From a virus: a stretch of DNA of 64,000 nucleotides. Within the stretch, counting starts at the first letter, position 1, and every line of letters starts with the position of its first letter. Location: IMG/VR virus record IMGVR_UViG_3300028840_002104, positions 1 to 64,000 of that record; one strand, given 5' to 3'. The position numbers and the translations under genes were made by a program. The notes beneath the pieces were generated by a model. The model made no database searches and had not been told where the DNA came from. It was given only the letters and a program-made list of their open reading frames with translations. Of the stretch, positions 29,601 to 38,151 are shown piece after piece.

Positions 29601-30397
29601 GACGAAGCCTTAGTGGATCTTACGGCATCTGTAGGACTAAACGCTTCAATCTTCGAGAAGGCTTTGCTGTCTGGAATACTTCCAGAACCCTCGTGGATGG
29701 CCATAAGATTATGACCTTTGGTTACTTCCAGGATGATCCTGTCAGCTTTGAGACCATGGCCAAGTGGGGATACTTTGAAAGCTTGCCTGATCCTCCAGAG
29801 ATCGAACTTTTTCCCGATGTGACAAGCTATGACAACATGCAGCTAGCTGTCTTCGGAGACTTTGGTGTTGTCATGACTATTCCTTACTACTTCTACATCC
29901 TCGGCACCAGGAGAGTTCTCCAGGTTAGGGTCTGGTGGTGCAAAGACAAAGACGATGGGCCTGATCTGGCCGATTTGGTCTTGAAGGTAAATCCTCTGGA
30001 TGCTTCTGAGCTTCAGCTAGGATCAGAGCTTGCTTCATATGCGATAGCCGGTCTTACTGAGGCAACAGCGGAGTACATACCCAATGGCTTGGACATGGGC
30101 TCTATGACCACTAACAGCTACAAAGATATCTATCTCGGCTTCCATGCTCCGCCTTCGGTGCAGAGCACGGGAGAAGTATACATGAAGGTTGACTTTGAAG
30201 CAGGTATTCCGCCATCTGACATCGGAGATGCTGTCGTTGGTGGGTCTGCTCACTATGGCGGCCAGGACGCACCAATAGATCAGATCGTTCTTAACTATGA
30301 CATCATTTTGGCCGTTCATTGTATAACTTCCCAGGAAGCAGAGAACCTCCCAGGGACGGTTACAGGCGTACCAAGCCATATTGAATGGAGTGACTAG
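29597..30397 (+). CDS. Hypothetical tail protein
   Basis: Coupled in tail operon. Confidence 0.45.
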   Translation: MRRSLSGSYGICRTKRFNLREGFAVWNTSRTLVDGHKIMTFGYFQDDPVSFETMAKWGYFESLPDPPEIELFPDVTSYDNMQLAVFGDFGVVMTIPYYFYILGTRRVLQVRVWWCKDKDDGPDLADLVLKVNPLDASELQLGSELASYAIAGLTEATAEYIPNGLDMGSMTTNSYKDIYLGFHAPPSVQSTGEVYMKVDFEAGIPPSDIGDAVVGGSAHYGGQDAPIDQIVLNYDIILAVHCITSQEAENLPGTVTGVPSHIEWSD

Positions 30398-31318
30398 ATG
30401 AGCTTTCCTACGGACTCTCACGACGACTTTGTGACCATGGTTGACCATAGGCTTACTCCTGTGGATAACTCCGAGAGCTACGAGATACCAGAGGAGCCCT
30501 CTGATCCTACGGTCTATACGGAAGAGCGACCTACCGAAGGGACCCTCTTTGTCACAGGCTCAATCACCTTCACGGAAGTTTCATACGAGCCTACTCAGAG
30601 CGGCGAGTTCTACGTGAACTACAATACGGGACAGATCCTCTTCCATGAGGACGATAGAACCAAGGTAGTCACCGTTGTTTACCAAGGCGTGGGAAGTGCT
30701 TCTAAGGCGGTAGACTGGAACAACGTCTACACATCCATCCAGAATACTCAGGATGAGGTAACCGTCCTTAGAGACCTTCTGCTGGCAGGTAAGGTAGAGG
30801 CCACAGATCCTGTTTCTAAGAAGGTCCAGGTCTACGGAGGCACTTTCTATCCCACAGCCAAGATCCCTGCCACCTTGACGGACACATTGGTAGACTTCGC
30901 GTCTCCCCCGTACCTTCTCAGCGCCATCACGGTTTCCTATTGGAGACCCATTCTCTTGGTTGTGGACCCTGACGGCGACCTTGAGGTAATCGAGGGAACC
31001 ATTTCCGCGACTGAGACAGACTTTAGCTTTCCTGGCACCTTTGAGCTGGCCTACAGGAACTATCTTGTGATCTGTGAGATCCACGTCCGAGACAACGGCA
31101 CAGGCGCTCCAGGCACGATCATAGATATCACGGACGACAAGATCTTTGATAGGCGGCCTTTGGTTGCTTCAGGCGCTCCTATTGAAGGAGTGGCTCCTCC
31201 TGCGAATTCCGTGGTTTTGTGGCCCTCTTCGGAGACAGTTCCCACAGGATGGCTCAGAATAGGCACAGAGACGCTCTCCCTCGGAGGGGTCGAGCACTTC
31301 TACATCAAGAGAACGTAA
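30398..31318 (+). CDS. Tail fibre-associated protein
   Basis: GEFYVNYNTGQILF, IFDRRP and collar-like VPTGWL motif; last gene of virion module. Confidence 0.5.
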   Translation: MSFPTDSHDDFVTMVDHRLTPVDNSESYEIPEEPSDPTVYTEERPTEGTLFVTGSITFTEVSYEPTQSGEFYVNYNTGQILFHEDDRTKVVTVVYQGVGSASKAVDWNNVYTSIQNTQDEVTVLRDLLLAGKVEATDPVSKKVQVYGGTFYPTAKIPATLTDTLVDFASPPYLLSAITVSYWRPILLVVDPDGDLEVIEGTISATETDFSFPGTFELAYRNYLVICEIHVRDNGTGAPGTIIDITDDKIFDRRPLVASGAPIEGVAPPANSVVLWPSSETVPTGWLRIGTETLSLGGVEHFYIKRT

Positions 31319-31338
31319 AAAATACTACGTTTATACCC

Positions 31339-31368
31339 TTGACCCCTGCTTTCCAGCCGTGATACAAT
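31339..31368 (+). promoter_or_regulatory. Sigma70/sigmaA-type promoter at start of replication module
   Basis: TTGACC-18 bp-TACAAT with extended -10 TG. Confidence 0.7.
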
Positions 31369-31369
31369 G

Positions 31370-31386
31370 CTATTGACAGTCAATAG
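31370..31386. promoter_or_regulatory. Operator-like palindrome CTATTGAC-A-GTCAATAG
   Basis: Perfect 8-bp inverted repeat over the predicted transcription start. Confidence 0.6.
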
Positions 31387-31395
31387 TTTGAAAGA

Positions 31396-32871
31396 ATGGT
31401 CACGGAGGTTAGCATGAAAGAGGACCGGTCCCCCTTCCTGGCCGTAGACTGTAGAGTCCACCTTTGCAACCTACGCCCGGAGGTTTTTGAAGCCATTCAG
31501 ACGTCTCTGACGTTCAAAAATCCGAAGTATGAGCAGACTAGGAAGTTCAGCCCCTACAACTTCATCTCTCCCAAGATCCCTCGGAACATCAAACTGTGGC
31601 GCAAGGTGGGAGAGGTGCTCTCTGTTCCCAGGGGATACAGTTTTGAGACTGTGGGGGGTTTTGACTTCCTTCCGAAGACGTTTCAGCAGTCGCGGAATAA
31701 CTTTGCCTACGGAACCCATCTTGCTCGTTTTCCAAAGCCTCACTATACATTAACAGGTATACAGGAGAGAGCCCTCGAAGCCTTTGTGCGGGGAGAGCCT
31801 AAGCGCCCTTTCAATACATATCTCTTTGTGATGCCCACAGGTACAGGGAAGACGGTCACAGCGGCTGTGGCGGCGGCCAAGACACGAGAGAGAACACTCA
31901 TCCTAGTCCATAACCAGTTGATAGCGAGCCAGTGGCGGAGAGACCTGGCGGGCTGCTTCAATCTGGCCAACAAAGACATTGGTTTGGTGAGGCAGAACAC
32001 AATTCGTCTGGGAGATCAGTTCACCATTGCTTTTCTCCAGACTCTCTTCAAGCGCCCAAAGGTTTGGCAGGATATCAGGTATTCCTTTGGGTGCATGATC
32101 TTTGATGAATGTCACATCGTACCCGCCAGAACGTTCTATGACATCGCGGATGATTGCCCTTCCCTTTATCGAATTGGGCTCACCGCGACACCGACTCGGA
32201 ATGACGGTCTTCATGACATCATGTTTAATGTCTTTGGTCAACCATTCTACGACCTCTCTACAGACAGCAACGTGGAGTCAGAAGTTTCCATTCCAGTCTC
32301 AGACGTGATTGTCAGGCATACAAACTTTGTACCTGATGTTCCAAAAGGAATGCCTCTAGACATCTCAACAACTGTCAAAGAGCAGGCTTTCTGTGAAGAT
32401 CGAAACAGGCAGATCGTTGCGGATGTAAAGAAAGAGGTTTCAGAGGGTCATAGCTGTCTGGTTATCTGTCTGAGAAAGGCCCACGTGGAGATATTGATCC
32501 GAATGCTTGCGGATAGAATGGTCCTCGCTCTTCCGCTTACAGGCAGCCTCACGAAGAAGAAGGTTAGGGACTATGAGGCCAAGCTTTTGGATAGAAGCTG
32601 TCGCGTTGCTGTAGCCACGTCTCAGTTCGTGAAGCTTGGAACCTCAATCAATCCTTTGGATCGTCTCTTCATTGCTTGTGTCGTGGCTAATGAGAAAGAC
32701 CTTCTCCAGCTTGCAGGAAGAATCAGGCGGAAAGCAGACTCTAAGAATGATGCTGTAATTTATGATTACGTTGACTCTAAGGTTCGAATGCTGTGGAACC
32801 ATTTCCGCAAGCGGGCCAAAGTCTACAAGAAGATGGGCGTTGAAAGGTTCCGAAAAGCCGAGTTTGTGTGA
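31396..32871 (+). CDS. SF2 DExH helicase
   Basis: MPTGTGKT, FDECH, GLTATP, QLAGRIRR. Confidence 0.9.
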   Translation: MVTEVSMKEDRSPFLAVDCRVHLCNLRPEVFEAIQTSLTFKNPKYEQTRKFSPYNFISPKIPRNIKLWRKVGEVLSVPRGYSFETVGGFDFLPKTFQQSRNNFAYGTHLARFPKPHYTLTGIQERALEAFVRGEPKRPFNTYLFVMPTGTGKTVTAAVAAAKTRERTLILVHNQLIASQWRRDLAGCFNLANKDIGLVRQNTIRLGDQFTIAFLQTLFKRPKVWQDIRYSFGCMIFDECHIVPARTFYDIADDCPSLYRIGLTATPTRNDGLHDIMFNVFGQPFYDLSTDSNVESEVSIPVSDVIVRHTNFVPDVPKGMPLDISTTVKEQAFCEDRNRQIVADVKKEVSEGHSCLVICLRKAHVEILIRMLADRMVLALPLTGSLTKKKVRDYEAKLLDRSCRVAVATSQFVKLGTSINPLDRLFIACVVANEKDLLQLAGRIRRKADSKNDAVIYDYVDSKVRMLWNHFRKRAKVYKKMGVERFRKAEFV

Positions 32872-33077
32872 GGTGTGCTATGGAGAAGTGTCCTAACTGC
32901 GGGGCTTTCGTGAGAAGCTCTGTAACAAGAATAGCTAGCGCAAAGTTTCAACTGCTGGTCAGGATTGATTTGCTTCGAGACAGGATGTCAGAAGAAGAGT
33001 TCAGGCTTCTGGAGAATGATATTTTAGAGATTGTTGACGAAGGCGATCACAGGAGACGTTACCCGCACATTGAATGA
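32868..33077 (+). CDS. Small Zn-ribbon hypothetical protein
   Basis: CPNC motif, GAGGTG RBS. Confidence 0.4.
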   Translation: MRCAMEKCPNCGAFVRSSVTRIASAKFQLLVRIDLLRDRMSEEEFRLLENDILEIVDEGDHRRRYPHIE

Positions 33078-33089
33078 AGGGAGAACTTA

Positions 33090-33374
33090 ATGTACGGACT
33101 ACCTGAGCTTGTAGAAGGCGAGTGTAATGCGATTTTGGAGATTGCTGATGACTACGGAGATAACAGCGCAACTATTCGCTGTCAGCTTGAGCCAGAGCAT
33201 GAAGGCCCACACAAGGAGGTGTTTCAGCGAGACGGAATGCCCGTAGTCATTACCTGGCACGGAGATGAGCGAAAGGTCTGCTCGAAGTGTAAAGCAAAGG
33301 TGTTTGATTGGAACATAGACACCTCTGGAGGTAAGTTTAAAGCCAAGTGTCCTGAATGTGACGCAGTTCAGTAG
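33090..33374 (+). CDS. Small Cys/His-rich hypothetical protein
   Basis: CQLEPEHEGPH, CSKC, CPEC. Confidence 0.45.
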   Translation: MYGLPELVEGECNAILEIADDYGDNSATIRCQLEPEHEGPHKEVFQRDGMPVVITWHGDERKVCSKCKAKVFDWNIDTSGGKFKAKCPECDAVQ

Positions 33375-33386
33375 AAGGGAGAAAAG

Positions 33387-33827
33387 ATGGGTAAGGTGTC
33401 GTTTTCTGGGAAGAAGTCAGACGGTCCTCCCAAACTAGCAGTCTTGGAGACAAAGGCAAAGAGGTATGGCCAGATCCAAGAACAGATCAATACGCTGGAA
33501 AAGGAGAAAGATGTCCTGAAGGCTGAGATGAAGCCTCTGGTCAAAGATCTAGGCGTTCCTACCAAGAAAGGCGGAAGTAAGCTCACCATTGGTGGTTGGA
33601 TTCCTGAACGCCGCGCTAAGGTCGAGGTATTCCTGAAAGAAGGTGCGGAAAAGAAGCTGGAAGAAGAAGGCATCCTTGATCTAGTGACTACTCGCAAGCT
33701 AGACAAGAAGAAGCTAGAAGCCGCGCACAAAGAGGGACTCATAGACGATGATCTCCTCTTGGCTGTGGTTGATGAAAAGGTTACTTACAGCTTCTACTGT
33801 ACCAAGGTTAAGGATAGTGAAAGCTGA
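33387..33827 (+). CDS. Coiled-coil protein, possibly Gam/gp157-like
   Basis: N-terminal coiled coil and C-terminal LDKKKL motif. Confidence 0.35.
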   Translation: MGKVSFSGKKSDGPPKLAVLETKAKRYGQIQEQINTLEKEKDVLKAEMKPLVKDLGVPTKKGGSKLTIGGWIPERRAKVEVFLKEGAEKKLEEEGILDLVTTRKLDKKKLEAAHKEGLIDDDLLLAVVDEKVTYSFYCTKVKDSES

Positions 33828-34602
33828 CAATCTGAAGAAGGTCAGAAAGCTTCCAGACGGATGGCTTGAGTATGTGGTTGATTGCGATGAATGCAAGGCC
33901 CTGGCCCCTCTTCCGCTTTTTCGGAAAGGCGTTTTGGGAAGCGTGTTCTTTGTGTTCTATCCTTTCTTCTACTCTCAAGACAGCGAGCTTCTGAAGAGAT
34001 ACATTTCACAGGAGATCCTTGGTATCTCTATCTTGATGTGTTTTCCTTTCTGCGCTCCTCTAGATAAACCGAAGATTTCAAAGCCGCATTCCAGAACGTG
34101 TCTTCCGAAGTTTCAGGAGTTAGTAGATCACTATGTTCCCGAAGCTATAGTCACGGTTGGTTCGGATTGTTTCAGTCACCTTTGCTGTGAGGGTTCTAGC
34201 CCTCCTGATATGAGGTTACTTGCTGGCACATTTGTCTATCCCGACCAGTTTGCCCTTCAGTCAGGAAGAGTTCCTGTGGGAGTTGTCAGAAGTCCTACGA
34301 AGCTTATTTCAGAAGGCCACCCTCTTGAGGAGGTGCTAGGCATATTCAGATCTCAGATTGGTCACATGAACGCATGGTTTGAGCGGGAGAACATTCCGAC
34401 AGAGTTAAGAGAAAGGAGAATTGTTGCGGAACCTAATGACTCCAAAGAGAACCAGGAAGAGACACGTACAGCTTCCAAGCGGGAGAGAGATTCCAGTTTT
34501 CTCTATCGGCGCTCTAGCAGCAAGGATAAAGAGAAAGGCGCACACAATCAGGTGGTGGATTCGAGAAGGAATAGTTCCTCCTCCGGTCCTCGATTTAGGT
34601 GA
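33817..34602 (+). CDS. Degenerate uracil-DNA glycosylase (family 4)-fold protein
   Basis: CDEC, C..P, CLPKFQELVDHYVPEAIVTVG; lacks GEAPG and HPA catalytic motifs. Confidence 0.45.
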   Translation: MKADNLKKVRKLPDGWLEYVVDCDECKALAPLPLFRKGVLGSVFFVFYPFFYSQDSELLKRYISQEILGISILMCFPFCAPLDKPKISKPHSRTCLPKFQELVDHYVPEAIVTVGSDCFSHLCCEGSSPPDMRLLAGTFVYPDQFALQSGRVPVGVVRSPTKLISEGHPLEEVLGIFRSQIGHMNAWFERENIPTELRERRIVAEPNDSKENQEETRTASKRERDSSFLYRRSSSKDKEKGAHNQVVDSRRNSSSSGPRFR

Positions 34603-34765
34603 TGGTAAACGTTGGTATATGGCCAGAGAGATTGAGATCTATGTCACCATCGCGGAGAATGAACAGATCAAACAGGGCTCTTCAATGAAGAAGACCAACT
34701 TTTCTTCCCGTCTTCGTGCGGAGATAGCACAACTTAGAGAGGATGTCGAGAATGCCAAGATCTAG
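34421..34765 (+). CDS. MerR-type HTH DNA-binding protein
   Basis: FSIGALAARIKRKAHTIRWWIREGIVPPP...GKRWY. Confidence 0.8.
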   Translation: MLRNLMTPKRTRKRHVQLPSGREIPVFSIGALAARIKRKAHTIRWWIREGIVPPPVLDLGDGKRWYMAREIEIYVTIAENEQIKQGSSMKKTNFSSRLRAEIAQLREDVENAKI

Positions 34766-35108
34766 AAAGAACACAAAGAGTGGATTGCCCAAAGATCCTG
34801 CAAAGAACTTCAAGGTTCTGAAAGCAAAGAACGACGAAATGATTAAGAAGGCTGTCGAATCCTCAATGAAGGAAGGTGACGTTGATATAGGAACACTCAA
34901 CCTTTCTTATAGCCCGCTTGAGGTAGGCTTTGTCGAGGTTGACATAGGAATTAAGAATTTTGGAAATGGCGCTCGTGTTGCTCTCCGTATTCCTTGTCAG
35001 CCTGGTGAGGAGCCAGAAGCTTTCGCCAAAGCTTGGGATCTTTGTGAGAATCAACTAGGTCCAAAACTCAAGGAAGTGGCTCAAGTGGCTAAGAAGTATA
35101 AGGTATGA
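34752..35108 (+). CDS. Hypothetical protein
   Basis: GAGGA RBS, coupled. Confidence 0.45.
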   Translation: MPRSRKNTKSGLPKDPAKNFKVLKAKNDEMIKKAVESSMKEGDVDIGTLNLSYSPLEVGFVEVDIGIKNFGNGARVALRIPCQPGEEPEAFAKAWDLCENQLGPKLKEVAQVAKKYKV

Positions 35109-35737
35109 ATGACCGTCTAGTGATGCTCTTGATTTCCAGATCTTCTCTGAGCAGCGATGGCAAGGTCCTTCTTACGGAGCTTTATCCTCACGTGGAAGAA
35201 GGGTACATTCCGAATGACAGGAACATCTCAGTTCTTCTAGGTTGGCCGCTTGATAGAGTCAAGCATACCTATGAAGAACTTGAGGATAGAGGCGTTTTCG
35301 TTGGCGTTCCTCTTATTGGCGAGCACCAGGTTTACGGAGGTTGTAGGCTGGACTTAGAGGTTTTGGCCAAAGAGCAAGGCAAGACACTCTCTGAGTTGAA
35401 GTACAAGGAGTTCTTAGGCACGTTGCCTAAAGAGGTCCCGACTCACCATTCTGATTTTTCTGACATCGGTGAGCTTTCAACTAAGGATCTGTTTACTTAC
35501 TTCTCGAAGCTTCATCGTATCGTAGAGAAAAGCGAGTACTGTTCAAAACCAAAGGACTTCCGTCAGATCCAAGTCTTACACAAGACCTATGGCTCTGAGA
35601 TGGTTTATCACATGATTGGTACACTTCTCTGGGATAGAAAGTTCTACGCCTGGGGTCCTCCAACCATCGCTAATCTGTTTGAGAAACGGAAGCTTCTTTA
35701 CACAGACATCCAAAAATCCCTTACTAAGAAGGTCTAG
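35105..35737 (+). CDS. Putative replication initiator (N-terminal winged HTH)
   Basis: LSSDGKVLL...ISVLLGWPLDRVKHTYEELEDRG wHTH pattern; precedes DnaC-like gene. Confidence 0.4.
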   Translation: MNDRLVMLLISRSSLSSDGKVLLTELYPHVEEGYIPNDRNISVLLGWPLDRVKHTYEELEDRGVFVGVPLIGEHQVYGGCRLDLEVLAKEQGKTLSELKYKEFLGTLPKEVPTHHSDFSDIGELSTKDLFTYFSKLHRIVEKSEYCSKPKDFRQIQVLHKTYGSEMVYHMIGTLLWDRKFYAWGPPTIANLFEKRKLLYTDIQKSLTKKV

Positions 35738-35799
35738 AGGCCATCTATAAAGATTAAAGAATACAGAAGAGAATAAGATGGTCATATCCTATAGAGTAA

Positions 35800-35824
35800 C
35801 AACCTAACTCGGAGAGTTAGGTTG
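35800..35824. other. Perfect 11-bp hairpin in A-rich intergenic region
   Basis: CAACCTAACTC-GGA-GAGTTAGGTTG. Confidence 0.7.
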
Positions 35825-35838
35825 AATAGTCTACAGTT

Positions 35839-36399
35839 ATGTCGCGCCAGGAGAAAAAGATGGAAGTTTCTTTCACCAAAAGGTTTCTTCTTGACCACGG
35901 AGTTTCCGAGAGGTTTCAGGACAAGTACATAGAAGACTTCGAGCACATTAGGGAAAACCAGAGTCACAGTTTCATTGGTTATCTCTCCAGGCTCTTTGTT
36001 GACAAGAGACCAAGCAACCTTTGGCTTCAAGGAAGTCCTTCTTCTGACGCAGAGCTAATGGGAGCTTTGGTTGTGAGAGAAGCCCTCTTTCATAGCTTGG
36101 AAGCTTTCATGCTCAGACCGGGGAAAGTTCAAGATGCTCTGTACGCTTGGTGGCAAGGAGAGTCTCAGCTTTGGATGGAGTTGACCTTGGCCTATGTGGT
36201 GGTTTTCAATCTTGAGAATTTAGTTCTGAGCAGTCAGAAGGAAGCGGCAGCTCTGACTAAGCTGTTTTTGCTTCGAGAAGATTTAGGAAGATCAATTGTT
36301 GTTATTTCTTCCGCTTCATCCAATGCTTTGTCGGATACCTTTGGTGAGGCTTTGGGTTGTGCGGTTAGAAGGTTCCAGCAAATTGATTGTCCTGGCTAG
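35839..36399 (+). CDS. DnaC/IstB-like helicase loader with degenerate Walker A
   Basis: HGVSERFQDKYIEDF, NLWLQGSPSSDAE at Walker A position, SIVVISS, C-terminal RRF. Confidence 0.45.
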   Translation: MSRQEKKMEVSFTKRFLLDHGVSERFQDKYIEDFEHIRENQSHSFIGYLSRLFVDKRPSNLWLQGSPSSDAELMGALVVREALFHSLEAFMLRPGKVQDALYAWWQGESQLWMELTLAYVVVFNLENLVLSSQKEAAALTKLFLLREDLGRSIVVISSASSNALSDTFGEALGCAVRRFQQIDCPG

Positions 36400-36407
36400 G
36401 AAAGACC

Positions 36408-36833
36408 ATGAGCTTCAATCTTGATAATAGACCTATGCCTGCTCTGTTCGTAGATGCTTTAGGCTTTGTCTTTCTTCCGATTGAGCAGACGTGGAAAGAT
36501 AAGTTCCTGGGAAAACCTCAGAGGTATCAAACACTTTCTGTGGTGCGGCAATGGATGTATCAAGTAAGTGGCAGGTTTGGTCTCTATCTGTTGGTTGAGT
36601 CTGAGGAGATGGTAGAGAAGCTTAGAGAAGAGGAGTACATTCTCTTCTACAATGATTTCATCGTTGTGAAGAAACCGGAAGAGCTTATTGAATGGATGAT
36701 GGTATTGAAAGCATACGCAGTGACTAATCTTCCCAAGCAGTGGGAAAAGCCTGTGAGAGGAGCATACACGTATGAAAGCATCTCCCATGCAATTAGGATT
36801 ATCTCAATGCTCGCTCCCTCCAAAGGTGGCTAG
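36408..36833 (+). CDS. Hypothetical protein
   Basis: Packed in operon. Confidence 0.45.
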   Translation: MSFNLDNRPMPALFVDALGFVFLPIEQTWKDKFLGKPQRYQTLSVVRQWMYQVSGRFGLYLLVESEEMVEKLREEEYILFYNDFIVVKKPEELIEWMMVLKAYAVTNLPKQWEKPVRGAYTYESISHAIRIISMLAPSKGG

Positions 36834-37488
36834 CAGTCTCAAGAAGAGGCGGAAGATCCTACCCTTGATTTTGGAGTGGAATGACTGTCGAAAGTGCAAC
36901 ATAGGCAAGTCTAGGGAGAACATCGTTTTTGGAAAGGGCTTTGTCAATGCTCCTGTGGTTTTGGTAGGTGAGGCTCCAGGGGAAAGAGAAGACGAGCAGG
37001 GAATACCTTTCGTTGGTCCAGCAGGCCAGCTCTTAGATGAGATCTTGGATAACCTGATCGTTGGTGAGTTCTCCAGGGCTCTATCTTACAAGCACGATGA
37101 CTGTGTTCCTTGGAGAAGGTGTTTCATAACTAATATCGTGGCTTGTCGTCCTAGAGGTAGGCGTGGTAATAGACAGCCTAATCCACAGGAGATATCTAAG
37201 TGTCGTCCTAGACTAGAAGCCACACTCAATGTCATCAGACCCAGGATCATCGTTGCTCTGGGAAGAGTAGCCGAAGCGAACCTAATTGGTCACGGAGGTT
37301 TGTCGTTTCCTTTGAAGCTTCAGGGGGTGCATATCTTTCAGGTTACGCATCCTGCGGCTTATCTATACGGGGGAAAAGAAAGAATGAGAGAGGACAAGAA
37401 GGTATGGGTGTCTGTTGTAGAAAAGGCGGACGAGCTAAGAGAGGGCTTGCGTCCTACTTCGATAGTCCTTCCGCTTCTGACAATGTAG
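36826..37488 (+). CDS. Uracil-DNA glycosylase family 4
   Basis: CRKC, VGEAPGEREDEQGIPFVGPAG, TNIVACRP, CRPRL, IVALG, THPAA. Confidence 0.9.
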   Translation: MASSLKKRRKILPLILEWNDCRKCNIGKSRENIVFGKGFVNAPVVLVGEAPGEREDEQGIPFVGPAGQLLDEILDNLIVGEFSRALSYKHDDCVPWRRCFITNIVACRPRGRRGNRQPNPQEISKCRPRLEATLNVIRPRIIVALGRVAEANLIGHGGLSFPLKLQGVHIFQVTHPAAYLYGGKERMREDKKVWVSVVEKADELREGLRPTSIVLPLLTM

Positions 37489-37700
37489 AAGAATGGATGA
37501 CCAGAGTTCCAGTTTCAGGTTGGTGGATTCCGAAAGATCAGATTGAGTCGGAGATAAGTTTTCGGGAAGTTCGTTTTCGTGTGCGTATGTCAGGATTAGA
37601 CCGTCATTGGGATTGGCCCCCAATAGATCCTTACGATCCGTATGAATACGATTTTAGGGAGTATACAGATTGGGGCGCTAGAGTTTGGTAGGAGGTAAGT

Positions 37701-37925
37701 ATGGCAGACTATTCTAAGTGGCATTGTCACGTAAGACCAGGGTATCACAAGGTAGAGCACTATGTATGCGTCTGGCGTTGGTTTGTGGATGTTTATGATG
37801 GCAGGGGCAAGCATGTTCGGTCTCACGTTTCTTTGGATAAGAAGTGGGCGCAAAGAAGGGCAAGGAATTTGAGAGAAGATTGGAAGAGAAGAGCCAAGGA
37901 GGTGTCAGGTGGAAGGAAAAGATGA
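37701..37925 (+). CDS. Hypothetical basic protein
   Basis: AGGAGGT RBS. Confidence 0.45.
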   Translation: MADYSKWHCHVRPGYHKVEHYVCVWRWFVDVYDGRGKHVRSHVSLDKKWAQRRARNLREDWKRRAKEVSGGRKR

Positions 37926-38151
37926 TACAGGTCTTGTTGGGTTTGAGGGACAAACGTTCTATTGTCCTGAATGTGAGGCACAGTTGACCTTATGCTTGGA
38001 GGAATTTGGTAGGAAAGCTGTTCTTCATTCTGAGCGGTCTAAGCTAGCGAAGGCCATAGAGCTGAGAGAGGAGAAGATAGCAAGCTTACAAGCGGACTTG
38101 GTTGTTTTAGTCAAGAGAAGAGAGGTTATGGAGGCTGATGGTCAATCCTGA
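37909..38151 (+). CDS. Hypothetical Zn-ribbon/coiled-coil protein
   Basis: CPEC; AGGAGGTG RBS. Confidence 0.4.
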   Translation: MEGKDDTGLVGFEGQTFYCPECEAQLTLCLEEFGRKAVLHSERSKLAKAIELREEKIASLQADLVVLVKRREVMEADGQS

